From Puniceicoccaceae bacterium (lineage in GTDB: Bacteria > Verrucomicrobiota > Verrucomicrobiia > Opitutales > Oceanipulchritudinaceae): a DNA stretch of 64,000 bases. Below the pieces are notes generated by a model. That model made no database searches and had not been told where the DNA came from. It was given only the letters and a program-made list of their open reading frames with translations. The stretch is from contig JBFOMH010000019.1 of NCBI GenBank assembly GCA_040830765.1, positions 128,001-192,000 of the forward strand. Direction: 5' to 3'. The position numbers were made by a program, and so were the translations under genes. This document shows positions 35,201 to 50,200 of the stretch, piece by piece. Numbering within the stretch: the stretch's first letter is position 1; every line of letters begins with the position of its first letter.

Positions 35201-38200
35201 GACATTCACTTCAACGTCAAATCCACCAACCGGGGTGATTTCCATCTTCGAATTGAATGTCACCCCACCCTTGTTGATGACAAGAAGGTCGTCGCCGTTG
35301 GCGATGGCCAGGAAGTTGGCCGAAGCAAGGCTGTTGATGACTTCTGCGAGGCCGGCGGCGATATCTGCCAAGGTGGCATCGTCTACATCAACCGTATACT
35401 CGAAGCGGGTAATGATATCCTCGCCGGAAATATTCCGTGTCAGCAGGACGGCCCAGGTATCGCCTTCGTTGACGACCGTAGCCCCGGCATCACTCAGGGT
35501 CATTGCCGTGCTGGAGGAGACCTCCGTCTTGGTGTAGGTGCCGTTGGCGTCAAGATCAGTGATGGAAATGGCGGATGGTGCAGTGATGAAGATCCGGTCA
35601 CCAGAGGCAATGGCCGAGTAGCCAACGAAATTATCACTGATGTAAAATGCGAGGCCGGCGGCCACCGACTCAAGGATTTCGGCGAGGATTTCTGGTGCAG
35701 TTGTGCCGTCGGTCAGAAGGTCATCGGCAGTCACCGTGTAAAGGACGTCGCTTCCGTTGATCTGGAAGTTCCACAGTTCGGCGAGGGAGATAGTGCCATC
35801 CTCACTGGCAATGGTCACCGTGGCTGGATAGGTGCGGCTGATATCGTTATAAACCTGGACATTGATCACCGGGGTGGCATCGAAGGTGGTGCCGACAGTG
35901 CTGAGGATTATCGAATCGCCATCGGCGAGGGCAGCGTAGTCGGCGCTGTCGGCATTGACCAAGGCAGCAATGGCTTCGGCCAGATCGGCCTTGTTCATGC
36001 CATCAGTCACGGTAACCGGGAAGGAGACCGGGCCGGAGGAGCTTGTTTCAAACTCGAGGGTCCAGATTTCACCCGCCACCGGTGTACCCACGAGGTCAAT
36101 GACGTGGGCTTCCGAGTTATCGGTCGCCGATTCCGTACCGCTGGTGGTGGAACCGTCACTGATGGAAATGCTGGCCTCGATGGCTGCAGAATCGAAAGTT
36201 TCGTCCGCACTGGTGACAAAGAGCTGGTTCCCGACGGCCGAGGCCGCGAAGTCAGGACCGTTATTGAGGGTCCAGGCAAACCAGGTGGCCAATGCCTCGG
36301 CAGAGTCAATCAGGATATCCACAGTTCCCATTGTCTGGGTGGTACCGATGACAACCGAGAGCGCGACTGTAGTGGGCTCTGTGGTAACGATATCAACTTC
36401 CCATGTCGAACCGTCAATCGGCACTCCGTTGAAAGTCAGGGTGATGGAGTCCGCGGTGGTATTGATATCCCCGGCCGAACCCGCGCGGGCGATGGTAGCG
36501 GACGTGTCGAGCACTTCACTACCGCTGGAGACGATAGCCAGACCGTTACCAGCGGCATTGACGCTGGCGGCAAATTCACCGGTGGCATTGATCTTGAAGG
36601 CCAGTGCCTCGACAAAGTCGGCAAGTGTCTGGACGATCGTTCCATCGACATCCTCGTCGTAATCAACCTCGACCATGTAGGTTGTGTTAAGGTCGATGGA
36701 CCAGGTCTCACCCGGCTGAGGAAGTCCCGCGAAGGTGGCGACAACGGCATCGGAAGCGGTAACGCTCGCCGTGGCACCGAAGCGGGTGACGACGACAGAC
36801 GGATCCAGGCCGGCGCCCGTAATGGTGATGTCACTACTTGCTGCGGTGGCCGTGATGGCCGGGCCAAGGGAATCGGTGACCTTCCAGGCCAGGGCGGTAG
36901 CGATCTCTTCCAATGTATCAACTTCCACGCTGTCGACTGTTTCCCCGAAGGTGACACTGACAAAGTCGGTATCATTGAGGTTCAGGGTCCAGATATCCAA
37001 GGCGCGCGGAGCGGCTGAAGCGGAGGTATCGAGGCTGATTTCGGCATCGGTGCCGGACACGGAAGTAACCGTTCCACCACTGGATGGAATCTCGATGCTG
37101 AAGCGGGCATTCACATCGGTACCAGTAGTGCTGAAGATGGAGAGGATGTTTCCGGAAAGGACCGTGCTCAGGCCAGCGACACCATCAACGGAGTCAGCCA
37201 GTGCGTTCGCCAGGGACTCGAGGGTATCTCCCTCGGCAACCGTAATGGAGTGCAGGACGGACTCTGTGGTTTCATTCTGGCCCTCGAACCATGTCTTGAG
37301 AATCCAGGTATTACCCGGTTGTGGCACACCGGCAAGAGTCAGGACCACGGCATCCCCGCTGGCCTGCTCGGTAAAGGTGCCTTCAACATCTGTCTGCAGG
37401 GCGATCCAGGAACTGGTGACGAACGGTTCGGCGGCCCGGTCGACGATAAAGAGCGTATTCCCGTCAACAAAGGCAACGAAGGTGGCAAGACCATCGGTGT
37501 TGTTGATCATGTGGGCGAAGATTTCGGCAATGGTGGCGGGGCTGTTCGCATCCACGGTGTAATCCGGATCATCCTCCGTAAACGGATCGTATGTATCACC
37601 GGCCAGAATCTGGAACTCGAAGGATCCTTCAACAGTGGTCAGGCGGATGGCCCAGGTGTCACCAGTGACAACCGTTCCATCAAGGAAGAGCTTGGTTACT
37701 TCTGCCTCGGAACCAGCAGTGACAAGGTTGCCGGCCGGCAGAACGGAGGCTTCCGCAGTAAAGGCCACGTCGTTGTCGAGTGTCAGGACATTGGCCAAGG
37801 CATCTGCCGTAAAGCTATCAAAGACCGGATCCAGATCGCCGAGAAGAAGTAGTTTTTCACCGAGCTTGGCAGCCACCATGTCGAGCGTGTCACCCTCGAG
37901 GACCTTGTAAGATACCGCTGTCACGGCTGCACCCTCCTGCACGCGGAGGAGCCAGGTTTGCCCGGCAACTGCGGTTCCGTTGAGGGTCAGGTCGATTCCG
38001 TAGGTAGTACCGGAGGAAGCACTGGAGGCCGAGCCGTCCGTGGAATTGGTGGTCTGGAGGTTGAAGGAAGCACTGGTGGCACTGGCGATGACCATGCTGT
38101 TACCGGTCGCTGCAGCGGCAAAGTCACCAAGGACATTGATGTCACCGGCGAGGATGGCGACGATTTCAGCAACCGACTGCGCCACCTCGGCGGTATCCGG

Positions 38201-41200
38201 ATCGGCATCATGGTCCACACCGAGGATGGTGTGGCTGACCGTGGTCGAGCCGTCGAGGACGATTGACCAGATATCACCGATTGCGGGTGTACCACCGAGC
38301 GTGAGGGAAATGGAGTTGAAGGTCTGCTGGGTGAAGATGCTGCCCACCGGCTCAACCTCAACACCCGTGACAAAGGCGTTTACGGAGTTTTCAAGGGTCA
38401 GCTCATTGCCGATGGCCTCGGCGCTGAAGGCGGAGATAAAGGTGTCTGCCGAGCTGGTGATGGCCAGTTCGAAGGCAGCGGCAATGGCAGCAAGGTCGTC
38501 ACCTGCCTGGACAGTGTACTCAATGGTCTTGATGGTGGTGAGGACCTGCAGGCGGAGGACCCAGGTCTGACCTTCAATAACCGGACCGAGCAGGGTCAGG
38601 GTAGCGAGTGTTGAGTAACCGGTGGCGTTGTTGTCAGCATAGCCATTGGTGTCCACTCCCGCCTTGACCGATAATGGAGTCGGCAGGTTGCTGGCTATGA
38701 GGATAGTGTCACCGGAGGCACTGGCGGTAAAGCCGGCCAATGCTTCAACTTCGGCTGCCAGCGCGGCCGCGATGGTGGCGATACTGTCCGGTGTTCCGGA
38801 ACCGGCATCAAGGATGGTGTAACGGACAGTGACGGAGTTATTGAGCGTCAGGGTCCAGACATCACCAATGACCGGGTCACCTCCAAGGCGGAAGTTGACC
38901 GCATTGCCGGCCTCCGGCTGAACGGTGATGGTGCCACCGGTTCCAGCGCTGTCGGCGAGCTGGATTTCCAGCGAAATTTCCGGAGCGGCGGCGCCAGCCA
39001 TGACATTGATGACGATAAGGGTGTTGCCGACCGCAATAGCCACCTTGCCCGGTTCATTGGCATTGATCTCAGCCGCGATGAAGGCGGCGATGTCAGCCAA
39101 GGTGGTAGTCGTCGTAACTGGGAAGCTGCTTAAGAAGGTATCGATGGTGAAGTCCCACTGGTCTCCATCAACCGGTGTGCCGGTGAGGACGATGGAGGAA
39201 GTGGCGCCATCAACCAGGTCGAATGTACCTTCCGGTGCCTGGACCGGACTGGTGACACTGAAGGAAACCAGGTAAGCGGCTCCGGATTCGCTGACGATGA
39301 TGAGCACGTCACCCAGTGAGGTGGCGGTAAAGTCATCGTTAGCGTTGATGAGTCCGGCAAGGTATTCGGCGATTTCGGATACTGAGGTAAGAACGCCGCT
39401 GCCGGTATCTTCACCCACCGTGTAGAAGAAGGCCGGGAGATCATCGATAACGACATTCCAGGTATCTCCGTCGATCAGGTTGCCACTGAGACGGACCATG
39501 GTAGTGGTTGCGGTCTCAGAATCGATGGTCGGGTCGGTGATCCGAACCTTGTAAGTACCCGTGGCGGCCTGGACGAAGATTGTCTGGATTTCAGAAATGG
39601 ACGGCATGCCCAGACCGGTCAGGGATTCACCGGTCAAAATTCCGGTGCTGTTGCCGCTTTCACCGCGGTCGTCGAGGTAGAGGACATCTTCATCCGTGTC
39701 GTCACCACCGATAATGACCAACAGGGCGCGGACCGTGTCGAGTTGTGAGTCATCATTGCCATCAACGGATTCCGTGGTGGTGGTGAAGCCAAAGACATTG
39801 GGCAGGGCCTTGCTGCCGACATAGAAGGTGTCTGCTCCGGTCTGGCCGTCGATGATGGTGTGGCCGTCGATGGACTCAACGATAAGGCTGTCATCACCGG
39901 CACCGAGGTAGATGTTGGTCGCGCCGGCGTGGGTCGACTTCACGGTGAAGTTGTCGTTACCGGTTCCAAGATAGATATTCAGGACCTCAAGGTCGCGGTA
40001 CTCGATACCGGCCGGCAAGGTGCGACCAGCGATGACCGTTTCAGGCGCCATGCCCATGCCGGTCAGTTGATCCGCCGTCAGGATAGCGACATTATCGGCC
40101 GGGCTGTTGTTGTGATAGACCGTCATGGTATCGACCTGGTCCGCCTCATCGACACGTGTGTTCAGGTTGACCGGGCGGTAGAAGTACTCATCTCCCGGAC
40201 GCGGTTCATTGAACTCACGGATTTCGATAATGGAGACGGTTCCGACAGGCGTGATCTGGACGGAGGTATCGAATTCCTGGGCCTCGAGATTGACGATGGC
40301 AACCTGGTTGCCAATCGCCACGGCAGTGAAGGTAACCACACCGAAGGCACGGACATGGGCAGCCAGGGCGTTCGCTACATCCTCGATCGTGTCACCTTCC
40401 TGGACCACATAGGAATGGGTGGTGGAGAAGGTTCCATCGTTGAGGAAGATGGACCAGACTTCACCGGCGAAGACCGTGTTGGTCCCGGGAACGGTGTTGG
40501 CATCGGCAAAACCACTCAGGGTCACGACCGAACCAACGCCGTCAACGGAGCTCGAGGCCGCGTTTTCAAGGCTGAAGCTGATACCGGCACGGTTGACAAC
40601 GGTGAGTTTTCCGTCGGCAACGAAGGCGGTGAATTCCTCGTCAGCCGCGACATTGATGCTGGCTGCCAAGGCAGTCAGGATAGCATCCGCTGTTTCCCCA
40701 TCTGCGGCGACATAGGTGTGGACGCTGGTTTGTTCACCGATTCTCAGTAAAGTGGTGTAGAGCTGTGTCAGTCCTCCTGTCAGGGCGACTGGAGTTGCAA
40801 TCTGTCCAGTCTGGGCAGTTGGGATGACAAGGGATTCCGTGATGCGGATATCCGGTTCGAAAGTGGCCTCACCAGAGGACTTGATGGTGTACTCAGGCTC
40901 AGTCGGTTCGGTAAAGTCAGTCCCGTCGGTATTGATGATAATGAGGACCTTGCCCTCGGCATAGGCCGCATGGCTGTCGGCACCGGAATTAATGGCTTCA
41001 GCGAGGGCTTGGGCGATATCGAAGGTCGTGTCGCCGGCCAGGACGGTGTAATTATAGTCCTTGGTTGTCGCCTCACCGGGCAGGGTCACTTGCCAGACAT
41101 CATCCACAACCGGCAATCCGGCAAGGATGGCACTGCGGACCGGTGCATTGGCATCGTCAACGGTAACCGCGTAATTGCCACTGCCATCGTCGGTGCTGGC

Positions 41201-44200
41201 TGCAGTCGACGCAGGAGCGATGGTGACCTCGGCAATGAAGCCATCACCGGAAGCACGAACAATAACAAGGCTGTCCCCTTCCACCATCGCGGTTAAGAAG
41301 TCCGGGCTTTCAGCAAGGGTGCTGCCATTGATCTCGTCAGCAAGGTTCTGGGCCACGTCTTCCAGGTTGTCACCCGCAATCACCGTGTAGGTGAATGACG
41401 TTGCCGAGCCTGTCTTGACCCCGAATGCATCAACATCCCAGATACTGACAGTCCACTCTTCGAAGGCCAGCGGTGTTCCGGTAAACTTGATCGAAGCTGC
41501 CGGCAACTGCGGATTGATGTCGCTGAGGTCGTCCGTGTTTTCCTCGGCGGGCAGGATCCGAACCTCGACACTGAAGCTGGAAGTGGCATTGGCGATAACG
41601 AGGGCATTGCCATTGGAGATGGCGTACAGGTCACCACCGGTTATCAACTCAGCAAAGACAGCGGCAACGGAGTCCCAATTATCAGCCACGACTTCCTCAC
41701 CATCAACCAGGTAGGTCTCGCCGATGGATACGCGGAAGAAGGAGCTGCCGTCGATGCGGACCGTCCACAGTTCACGCGGCTGGACGAAGTCAGTGAAGGT
41801 CACGGTGGCGGCACGCGAGGTCAGGCCATCCGTGGAGGCCGGAGCGCTGGCCCCGGAGTCGATGGACAATGTGGCGGACAAGTCAGCACCATCGCGATCG
41901 ACAATGACCAGTTTGGCATCGCGGTAGCCAGCTGTGAGGGAAGCTGCGCCGGTCGAATTGATTTCAGCGGCAAGTTCCTCGGCGATGTCACTAAAGGTGT
42001 CGCCAGGCTGGATGACATAGGAGAAGTCAACCGGCGTACCGTCATCCAGGCTCAGGGCCAGGGTCCAGGTGTCGCCGTCGGTTGGCGTGCTCTGGAATTC
42101 GATGGAAAGGCTGGTCGGGGCCGGACTGGCGGGGACGGGTTCGTAGCCACTGATAGTGCCGATGGAGAATGACGGCGTAAAGGCTGCACCGGTCCGGTTG
42201 ACGAGTATGAGGTCGTCGCCGTCAACCAGGGCGGTGTAGTTCTCAACGGCAACCCGTGCGTCGCTGTTGATAAGGGCGGCCAGTCCAGTTGCGGCTTCCG
42301 CAACCGAGGAGATTGTGGTTCCATCAATTTCAACACTCCAGGAAAGGCTGCCAATGGATACGGTCCAGATTTCATCAACGACAACTGGTCCGGTGAGATC
42401 AATCTCGGCAGTGTAGGTTGAATTATTGACCGTGTAGGCGCGGGCTGCGGTAACGGAAGATTCAACCACCAGTGGTTCACCAATTACGTTGACCACACCA
42501 AGCAGCACTCCCTCGCTGATTGCTACATAATCCCCGCCGGCGGTATTAATGGCGTTGGCCAGTTCGCTGGCGATATCGCTGAGGGAGTCGCCCTCAAGGA
42601 CCGTGTAAGTGAAGGCTGCACCAACGCCAGGCAGGGTTATGGACCAGATTTCATCGACAACAGCAACACCGGTGATTTCGACGGTGTTGGTAGTCGCTGT
42701 GGAGGCATCGATACCAACAATGGTTGCCGGCAGGACATCCACGTCGACGGAGAAGGCTGCCCCACCCGTCCGGAATACCTCGATCGTATCCCCAACGAGC
42801 GTTGCTGTGTAGGGGCCAGCGGTATCGGCGTTGATCAAGTCCACAAGACCCGTGAGGATGTCCGTGAGACTGGTGCCTGCGGATTCAAAGGCGTAGGTCG
42901 AAGTCGTGGAACCGGAAGTAAGCTGGATGACCCACTGCTCGTCGGCAATCATGCCGGTCGCGGCGGTGAAGTCCACAGTGGCCTTGCTGGCTATGGTCTC
43001 ACTGCGGAGGGCCGTTCCGGCAGCAACCGTCTCGAGGGCCAGCGTAAAGGCATCATCGGCCCGGTTGAGGATGTAGAGCTTGGAACCGTCATAAAGGGCG
43101 GTGAAGTTGGAGGCATCCGGATCGGTGGAATTGTTGAGTTCATAACCCAGCATCATCGCCACCTGCTCGGCGGTATCATCCGCATCCGCCGTGTAATCAA
43201 CAAGGATGTGCTCACCGTTGATGCTGATATCGATCGAGAATACTTCCCCTTCGCGGACTGGCGTTCCGACATCGACTTGTGCGGATTGCATCGGCAGACC
43301 GGTGTCGGTGAGCGCGCCGGCCGGCAAGACGTCATAAGCAATACTGCTGACCCGGGTGGAGCGGTTGACGATGTAAATCATGTCACCTTCCGGCATGGCA
43401 GTAAATTCGGACTGACCTTGGGCATTGATCGCGACTGCGAGGCCTGCAGCGACGGCAGCGAGGTCATCACCCGGCTGGACAGCATACTTCACCAGGATGG
43501 TGGTTTCGTTGGCACCCGTTCCAATGGTCAGTTCGGCGGTCCAGATTTCTCCTTCAACGAGGGATGTTGCAGTGGAAAGCGTGTTGGAATTGGCCGTCGC
43601 GGCAACCGCTCCGGCTGTGATCGCGCCATCAAGACTTCCGGCCACCGGTGTAATGCTGAAGCTGGAGGTGAAAGCGGTATCCGTCCGGTTGACAATAACC
43701 AGGATGGAACCATCACCGAAGGCCGTGTAATCGGCGAGGGTTGCGTTGGCATTGATGAGGTCCGCCAGATTGTCGGCAATATTATCCCGTGTATCAACCA
43801 GCTCGACACGGTAACTGACAGTCGTTCCGTCGACAGTGGCCTTCCAGACTTCACCAGCCTTTGGCGTGCCGGAGAGGATGGCGGTGGCAACGGAGGTGAT
43901 GGCCGTACCGGTCATGCTGCTCCATGCGCTGGTCGAGGCGGTCAGCGGAACGAAGGCGGTTACGAGCGAGGAACCGTCCGGACCGGCAATGATAACCCGT
44001 GGTCCGGATTCGACTGCGGCAAATCCATCAACAACGGTATTGATCTTGGCCGCGAGGATACGGGCGATGTTACCAAGCGAGCTGGCCACGACATCGGTTG
44101 TCCCGATAGTAAAGGTTTCGCCGACGGTAACCTCGAAGATCAAATCGCCGCTACCGGCATTGTCATTGAGTGTCACTCTCCAGATGTCACCCGTCACGGC

Positions 44201-47200
44201 TGAGCCGGAGAGCTGAACCATGAAGGTGGCCGGATCATCGAGGGATTCCGTCAGGCTGGAGGCTGCCTCAACAGTAAGATCCGGGGCGGTGAACGCGGTT
44301 CCATCCCGCTTCACGACTACCAGGGAGGCGATCAGGGATGGGTCAGTGGAAAGGATCCTTGAAGAGGCACTGAAGTCGCCGAGACTGCCGTGGGTGCGGA
44401 TTCCTTCAGCAAGGGCTTCAGCCACGTCAGCCAGCGTTTCATCAACCCCAACTACATGGAAGACGTCCGTGCCGTTGACATTGATGGTCCAGGTCTCACC
44501 GACTTGGGCAGTTCCGTTGAGCACGTAGGTGTAGGCGGTGACGTTGCCGTTCTGCGTCGTCGAGGCATTGTCGGCAGCGGCCGGGGAGACCACGATACTA
44601 GTCACGAAACTGTCAGCGGTACGCTTGACGATGTAAAGGGTGCCATCGGCAGTGACCGCATTGAATTCAGACAGGTTGCCATTGCCGTTGATCTGATCTG
44701 CGAACCATTGGGCGATTCCCGGGAAGGTGTTGGTGACACCATCAACGGTCAGTGAGAAGGGCTCTCCGGCAACGGTCAGGTCGAAGGTCTCGCCAACGAC
44801 TATGTCGCCATCCACAAGGACACCGTCCACCAGGGTCTTGCCGAAGGTCACGGTCGTGGTACGGGCGGTGACGGTATCGACATCACCATAACTGCCGATT
44901 TCAAAGGCGTTTCCAAGACGGTTGACGATTACCAGCAGGTTGCCATCGGCTGCTGCGGTGTAGTCGCCCAGCGAGCCATTGCTGTTGAGGAGGGCTGCCA
45001 GGCCAGCTGCGATGGCGCTCGAGCTCAGGGTGCCGCCGCTGGTGTTTTCAAATTCAATTTCCGTTCCCAGGCCATCCTCGACTATTACCAGGCTCCAGAA
45101 TCCACCCGCCACAAGGTCATCGACGATAGTCACGACAGCAGAGGAAGCGGAAGTGGTGTCAACGACCGCGCCGGATGCCGGTGTCACTGACAGGCTGAGA
45201 TTGACGCTGCCACCACGCGTGTTGACAACGATGAGGAGGTCACCTTCCGCACTGGCAACGAGGTTTACGGAATCGTCCGTGGCGTCCGCATTAATGGCCT
45301 CGGCGAGGGCAGTCGCGACGTCGGAAAGGGTCGATGCAACCGTAATGCTATGGCTGACTTCGAGATTACCAATGGTCGCCGTCCAGGTTTCACCGATGGC
45401 CGGTTCACCGACAAGGGTAATGATGCTCGTACGGCCAATCGTTGTTCCGATGGAACCGGAGTCCGCGTCGAAGCTGGCCGTAAAGGCACCATAGGTACGC
45501 TTGATGAGGACAATTGCATCACCATCAGCAACAGCAGTGAAGTCGGCACCAAGGATATTGGAAATGGACTGTGCCAGCGAGGAGGCGATATCCTCGAGGG
45601 TGTCTCCCGCTTCGATGATGTGGGAGACACGGCGCACTTGGCCGTCGAAGTCGAGTTGGATGCCCCAGTCGTCACCGACCACCGGCGATCCGGTCAAAGT
45701 CATGACCGTGGAGGATGCGGTTCCGCTGATGCCGTCGTCCTGGTCGAGGGCGAAAGCGCCTGCGAGGGTGAAACGGTAACCGGCCTGATGGACAACAACC
45801 AACTGGGCGCCATCCGCGATAGCGGCATAATCGGCCGGGGCGAAAGCGTTGATGAGTGCTGCCAGGGTTTCGGCCAACTCGGCCCCGGACTGGGCGGAAT
45901 CACCGGACTGCTGCACCACATGGGTAAGGACATGGGAGAGTCCATCACCAACAAGGGTAATCGTGATCAGCTGTCCGACAGGCAGGTCATCCGACAAGGT
46001 GGAGATACGGATAAACGGATCAACACCGTCGGCAAGGACACCTGCCGGCAGGATGTTGATACCCGGCGTAAAGGCCACATTGTCGCGATTGAGGATGTAG
46101 AGCTTTTCTGCCACTGAGAGGGCACTGTACTGGGCAAGGCCGTCCCCGTTGACCGTAATGGCCAGCTTGGCGACCACATCCTCGAGCGTTTCGAGTGTCT
46201 TCAGGGTATCCGGATTGTTATCGGCATCGACCAGCTGGACAATGTAGGAGACGAGACTGTCGAGATTGCCACCCTCAATTTCCAGGGCGAAGACTTCGCC
46301 CGCAACCGGAATGCCACTGAAGGTGCCGCGCTGGACTGCGCTTTCCATGGCGGTCATATCCGGGGCAAAATCACCTGTCCGGCTGCCAGCGACGGTTGTC
46401 ACGGTAGCCTCGACGGAGAAGGCCAGGCCATCCTCATTGACGATGAGGAGATTCGACCCATCCGCGAGGGAGACAAAGCCGGCATCTGTTGCGTCGAAAG
46501 AGGTGTTGATATGGCGGGCCAGCTTGCGGGCAATGGCATTGCGGGTATCACCCGGGAGGACTGCGACCGCATGGGTGCTGACGGTCGAGCTGGAGCCATC
46601 GTCAACAAGCTCGATAAGCCAGATTTCATCCACTGTCGGGGCCCCTTCAAAGAGTACCGAATAACCGGTCGCTGCCGTATCCAGTCCCCAGATAGTCGAG
46701 GTTTCAGTGAAGGGATCAAAGACCGTGCTGGTCGTGAAAGTGGTGTCACTGTGGACGATGATGAGCTTGGCGCCTTCACTGGTGGCAAGATATGGAGCGG
46801 CAGCGTTGGCATTGATGTCGGCTGCCAGGATGGAAGCGATGACCTCAAGGGATTCCACTGTGTAGCTGAAGGTCGTGCCATCAACGACGACAGACCAGGT
46901 TTCCCCAATACGGGCCGTACCGGTAAATTCGACGCGGGTCACATTCGGGGAAGCGGTCCTCGGAATCATCTCACCATCGGTCTCGAGAATCGGCAGGATC
47001 TGCGAACCAGTGCTGAAGCCGGGGGCGACCTCGGTTTCGATAACCAGCACATTGCCCTGGACGCGGGCGGTGAAGTCACCGAGGACGGCGTTGATCTTCG
47101 CAGCCAGGCCACTTGCCACTTCCGCCAGCGGTACCGTCTCGCGGACAGTGTGGGAGTGGATTGATTCAACGTCCCCACCGAGGGCAGAGTCGTAGTAGCT

Positions 47201-50200
47201 CAGCTCGACGGTCCAGATGTCACCGATGACCGGCGTACCGAAGAGGTCGATGGAACCGGTGTAGGCCGGATCCGGATCCGGGACAACAACGGTGTCGTTC
47301 GGTGAGATTTCGAAAGTGGTTGAATTGGTATTGCCGGCAACATTGTTGATGACCAGGGCCACGCCAACCGAGAGGGCCGAGAGATTGCCAGCCGGATCAG
47401 CCTGGACCAGAAGGGCCAACTGCTCAGCGATGGTTTCGAGTGTGTCGTCCTCAACGATGGTGTAACTGAAGGTCTTGTCCTCGCCGTCAATGTCGAGGTT
47501 GAGGCTCCAGGTGTCCCCTACCCTGACATCGCCACTGAGGATGACCGTACTGGTGTCTTCGGAGGGCCATGGGGCATTGAAGGTGACATTGTAACCCGAG
47601 ACGATCGGCTTGAAATTGGACGGAATCTCATCGAAGAGGCTGAAGGTAAGCAGATCCAGCGGGTCACCGGGTAGCATGGTCACGGTGACATCGGAAGGGC
47701 CGGAGGCATCGGTGAGAGTAAGTTTCCAAGCGCCAGCGAGGTCGGCGGCGTCGTCCGGATCATCGAGGAACTCAAAGGCGACGACGCCCCAGTCGATACC
47801 GAAGAGATAGGAGAAGTCCTGGACGGGTGTTCCGCTGATGGAGTCACTGCCATTGCCACCGGAGCGGACAACTTCCACGCGGAACGGAACAACGGCATTG
47901 CTGTTGCCGGAGTCGACCACACTGATCCGCAACTTGGCGTTGCCCAGGATATCAACGAAGCCTTCAGCAGTGAAGACGTAGTCCTCGATACCGGTATCGT
48001 CATAATCGCCGGTATTCAGCTTTTCAGCCCATTCGCGGACAATCTTGGAGAGGGCCTTGTTGTCTTCGCCCACATCATAGACGATATCCAGATCGGACGT
48101 GGCATCGTCCCCGAAATTGAACATGAGGGTCCATGTTTCCGTATTGGCTGCAAAGCCACCAAGACTGATTGTCGCCTCAAGCCACTCGATGGTGGTATCG
48201 CTATCGCTGTTTACATTCGCGAAACCAACCAGATCCTGATCGGGTGTACCGCTAAAGAGGACATCATCGGATGTGACATTCCCAGTGCCCCTATCGAGAT
48301 CAACCTTGAATGGCTCATCCCCGCCAATGGAAAGGATTTCCTGGGAGATGCCAAGGACGTCGAGGAACCGATCGAGGGCCGGGCCTTCAAGCCACGTAAA
48401 CTCGAATGGGAATTCGTTCATCCGCGGATCGAATCCAGGACGCTCGCCGTAAATGTCATTGAAGTGGAATGACTCACGGTCGGTCATGACCGCATTGCCG
48501 TTGTTGTCGATGCTGATGCCGGTCACCGTTCCATCGGCCTGTGGATCATTGGTTTCCTCCGGCAGGCGGAATGGATCGTTGAGGAAGCGTTCCTCACCAA
48601 CAAGGGCACCGCCGACAATGCTGAGCGGACCACGGATGCCGTTAACCCGTTCCTCGAAGGCCGGGAAGACAAGGGCATCACTGCCATCAATCACGTTGTC
48701 GTCGATAGCCTGTATCCAGACTGTGCGGACAACATCCCAACCGTAGTCGGTGGCATCGGCATCCCCAGCGGGAACGAAGCGCAGTTGCGGAATGATGGCA
48801 GCATCACCAACCGGTGCGACAATGTTCGTCGGGCCAGTGCTGGCGCTACTATTCAGGCCTTCGAGTCCCACGAGGACGCGTGCATCGATGTCCTTGTTCT
48901 GGGATTCGGTGGCATTGCTGATGGTGATGCTTCGGCCTTCGACGAGGACGTCGTACTGGCTCAGGTCAAGCTGGTTGGCCAGCATCATGGCAATGGTGGA
49001 AAGGGTATCACCGAACTTGGTTGTGTATTCAACGCCGGTGCCCCATGCGGCATTCGGATTGGAACTGATGTCGCGCAGTTGCAGGGTCCAGATTTCGCCA
49101 GCAGTAACATCTCCCTTGAGGGCCACCTCGACCGATTCGAAGAAGCTGGTAGTCGGGGTTTGGGAGATGCGGTTGACTTCCACCTCGCCCCATCCAAGGG
49201 CCCGGCGACGGTAGTCGGAATCACTGCCTGTGTCGACATCGACACCAATCTCAAAGGCGGTAAAGAATGGCGTGTAGTCAGCCTCGTTATCCGTCGTGAT
49301 GAGGATTTGTGGCGTTTCCCGCATGGAAATACCGGCGGAAGCCCATGTTGTTCCACTACCCTTATCCATGACTGCCGAGAAGATGACTGTCTGGTCAGGA
49401 TCGAGGACAAGGATGGTCTCGCCATCAGCAACCGCCTTATAGCCGGCCGCTGTGTTACCGTTGATCAGGCTGGCCAGCCCAAGCGCCACATCAGACAGGG
49501 TATCGGTGGCCGTGGGCTCATAGGTAAAGACCGTGTCGCTGCCATCATTGAGGGTCAGGCGCCAGAAGGTGCCCTGGTCAACCGAACCGGAGAGGACAAG
49601 GGTCATGCCCGGATCAAGGTCCGCGGTGTAATCAATGCCCACAGAGGTGTTCAAGATGGTGATCTGGCCCGCAATCGAAGCGGCAACTTCTGTTAGCGTC
49701 TGTGGCGTGGTGGCATTGATGAAGAGACCGACGACGTCGCTCTTGGTGGCATGCAAGGCTGCGAACTCGTCCGAATTAATTCCGCCATCGGAAAGCTTTT
49801 CATAGACCATGTCACGGAAGGCATCGACGCTGATGGTGCTCTCCGGACCAGTCAGGGTCATGAACCACACCTGGCCTCCTGCCGGTGTGCCATCGAACTG
49901 GACAAGGGTGCGGTCTGTGGCAATACGGACTTGCTCGGCAAGGTTTTCGCCAAATGCCTCATCCGCATTGAAGGCCTCATCCGCATTATAGGTCCGGGTT
50001 TCAACCGGCAGGATATTGACGATTACCTCATCCGTCGGGTTCTTCGTAAGGACGATATCCCAGGTATCGCTGATAAGGTCGCCATCGTCATTGAGGAAGC
50101 TTGAATACGGCAGTGGCAGGGTTTCCTCGGAAATCCGGTAGGTGATGTCGTACTTGCTGTCGAAGAGCGGGACTTCACTCCAGTTGTCAAAGCCGGATGT

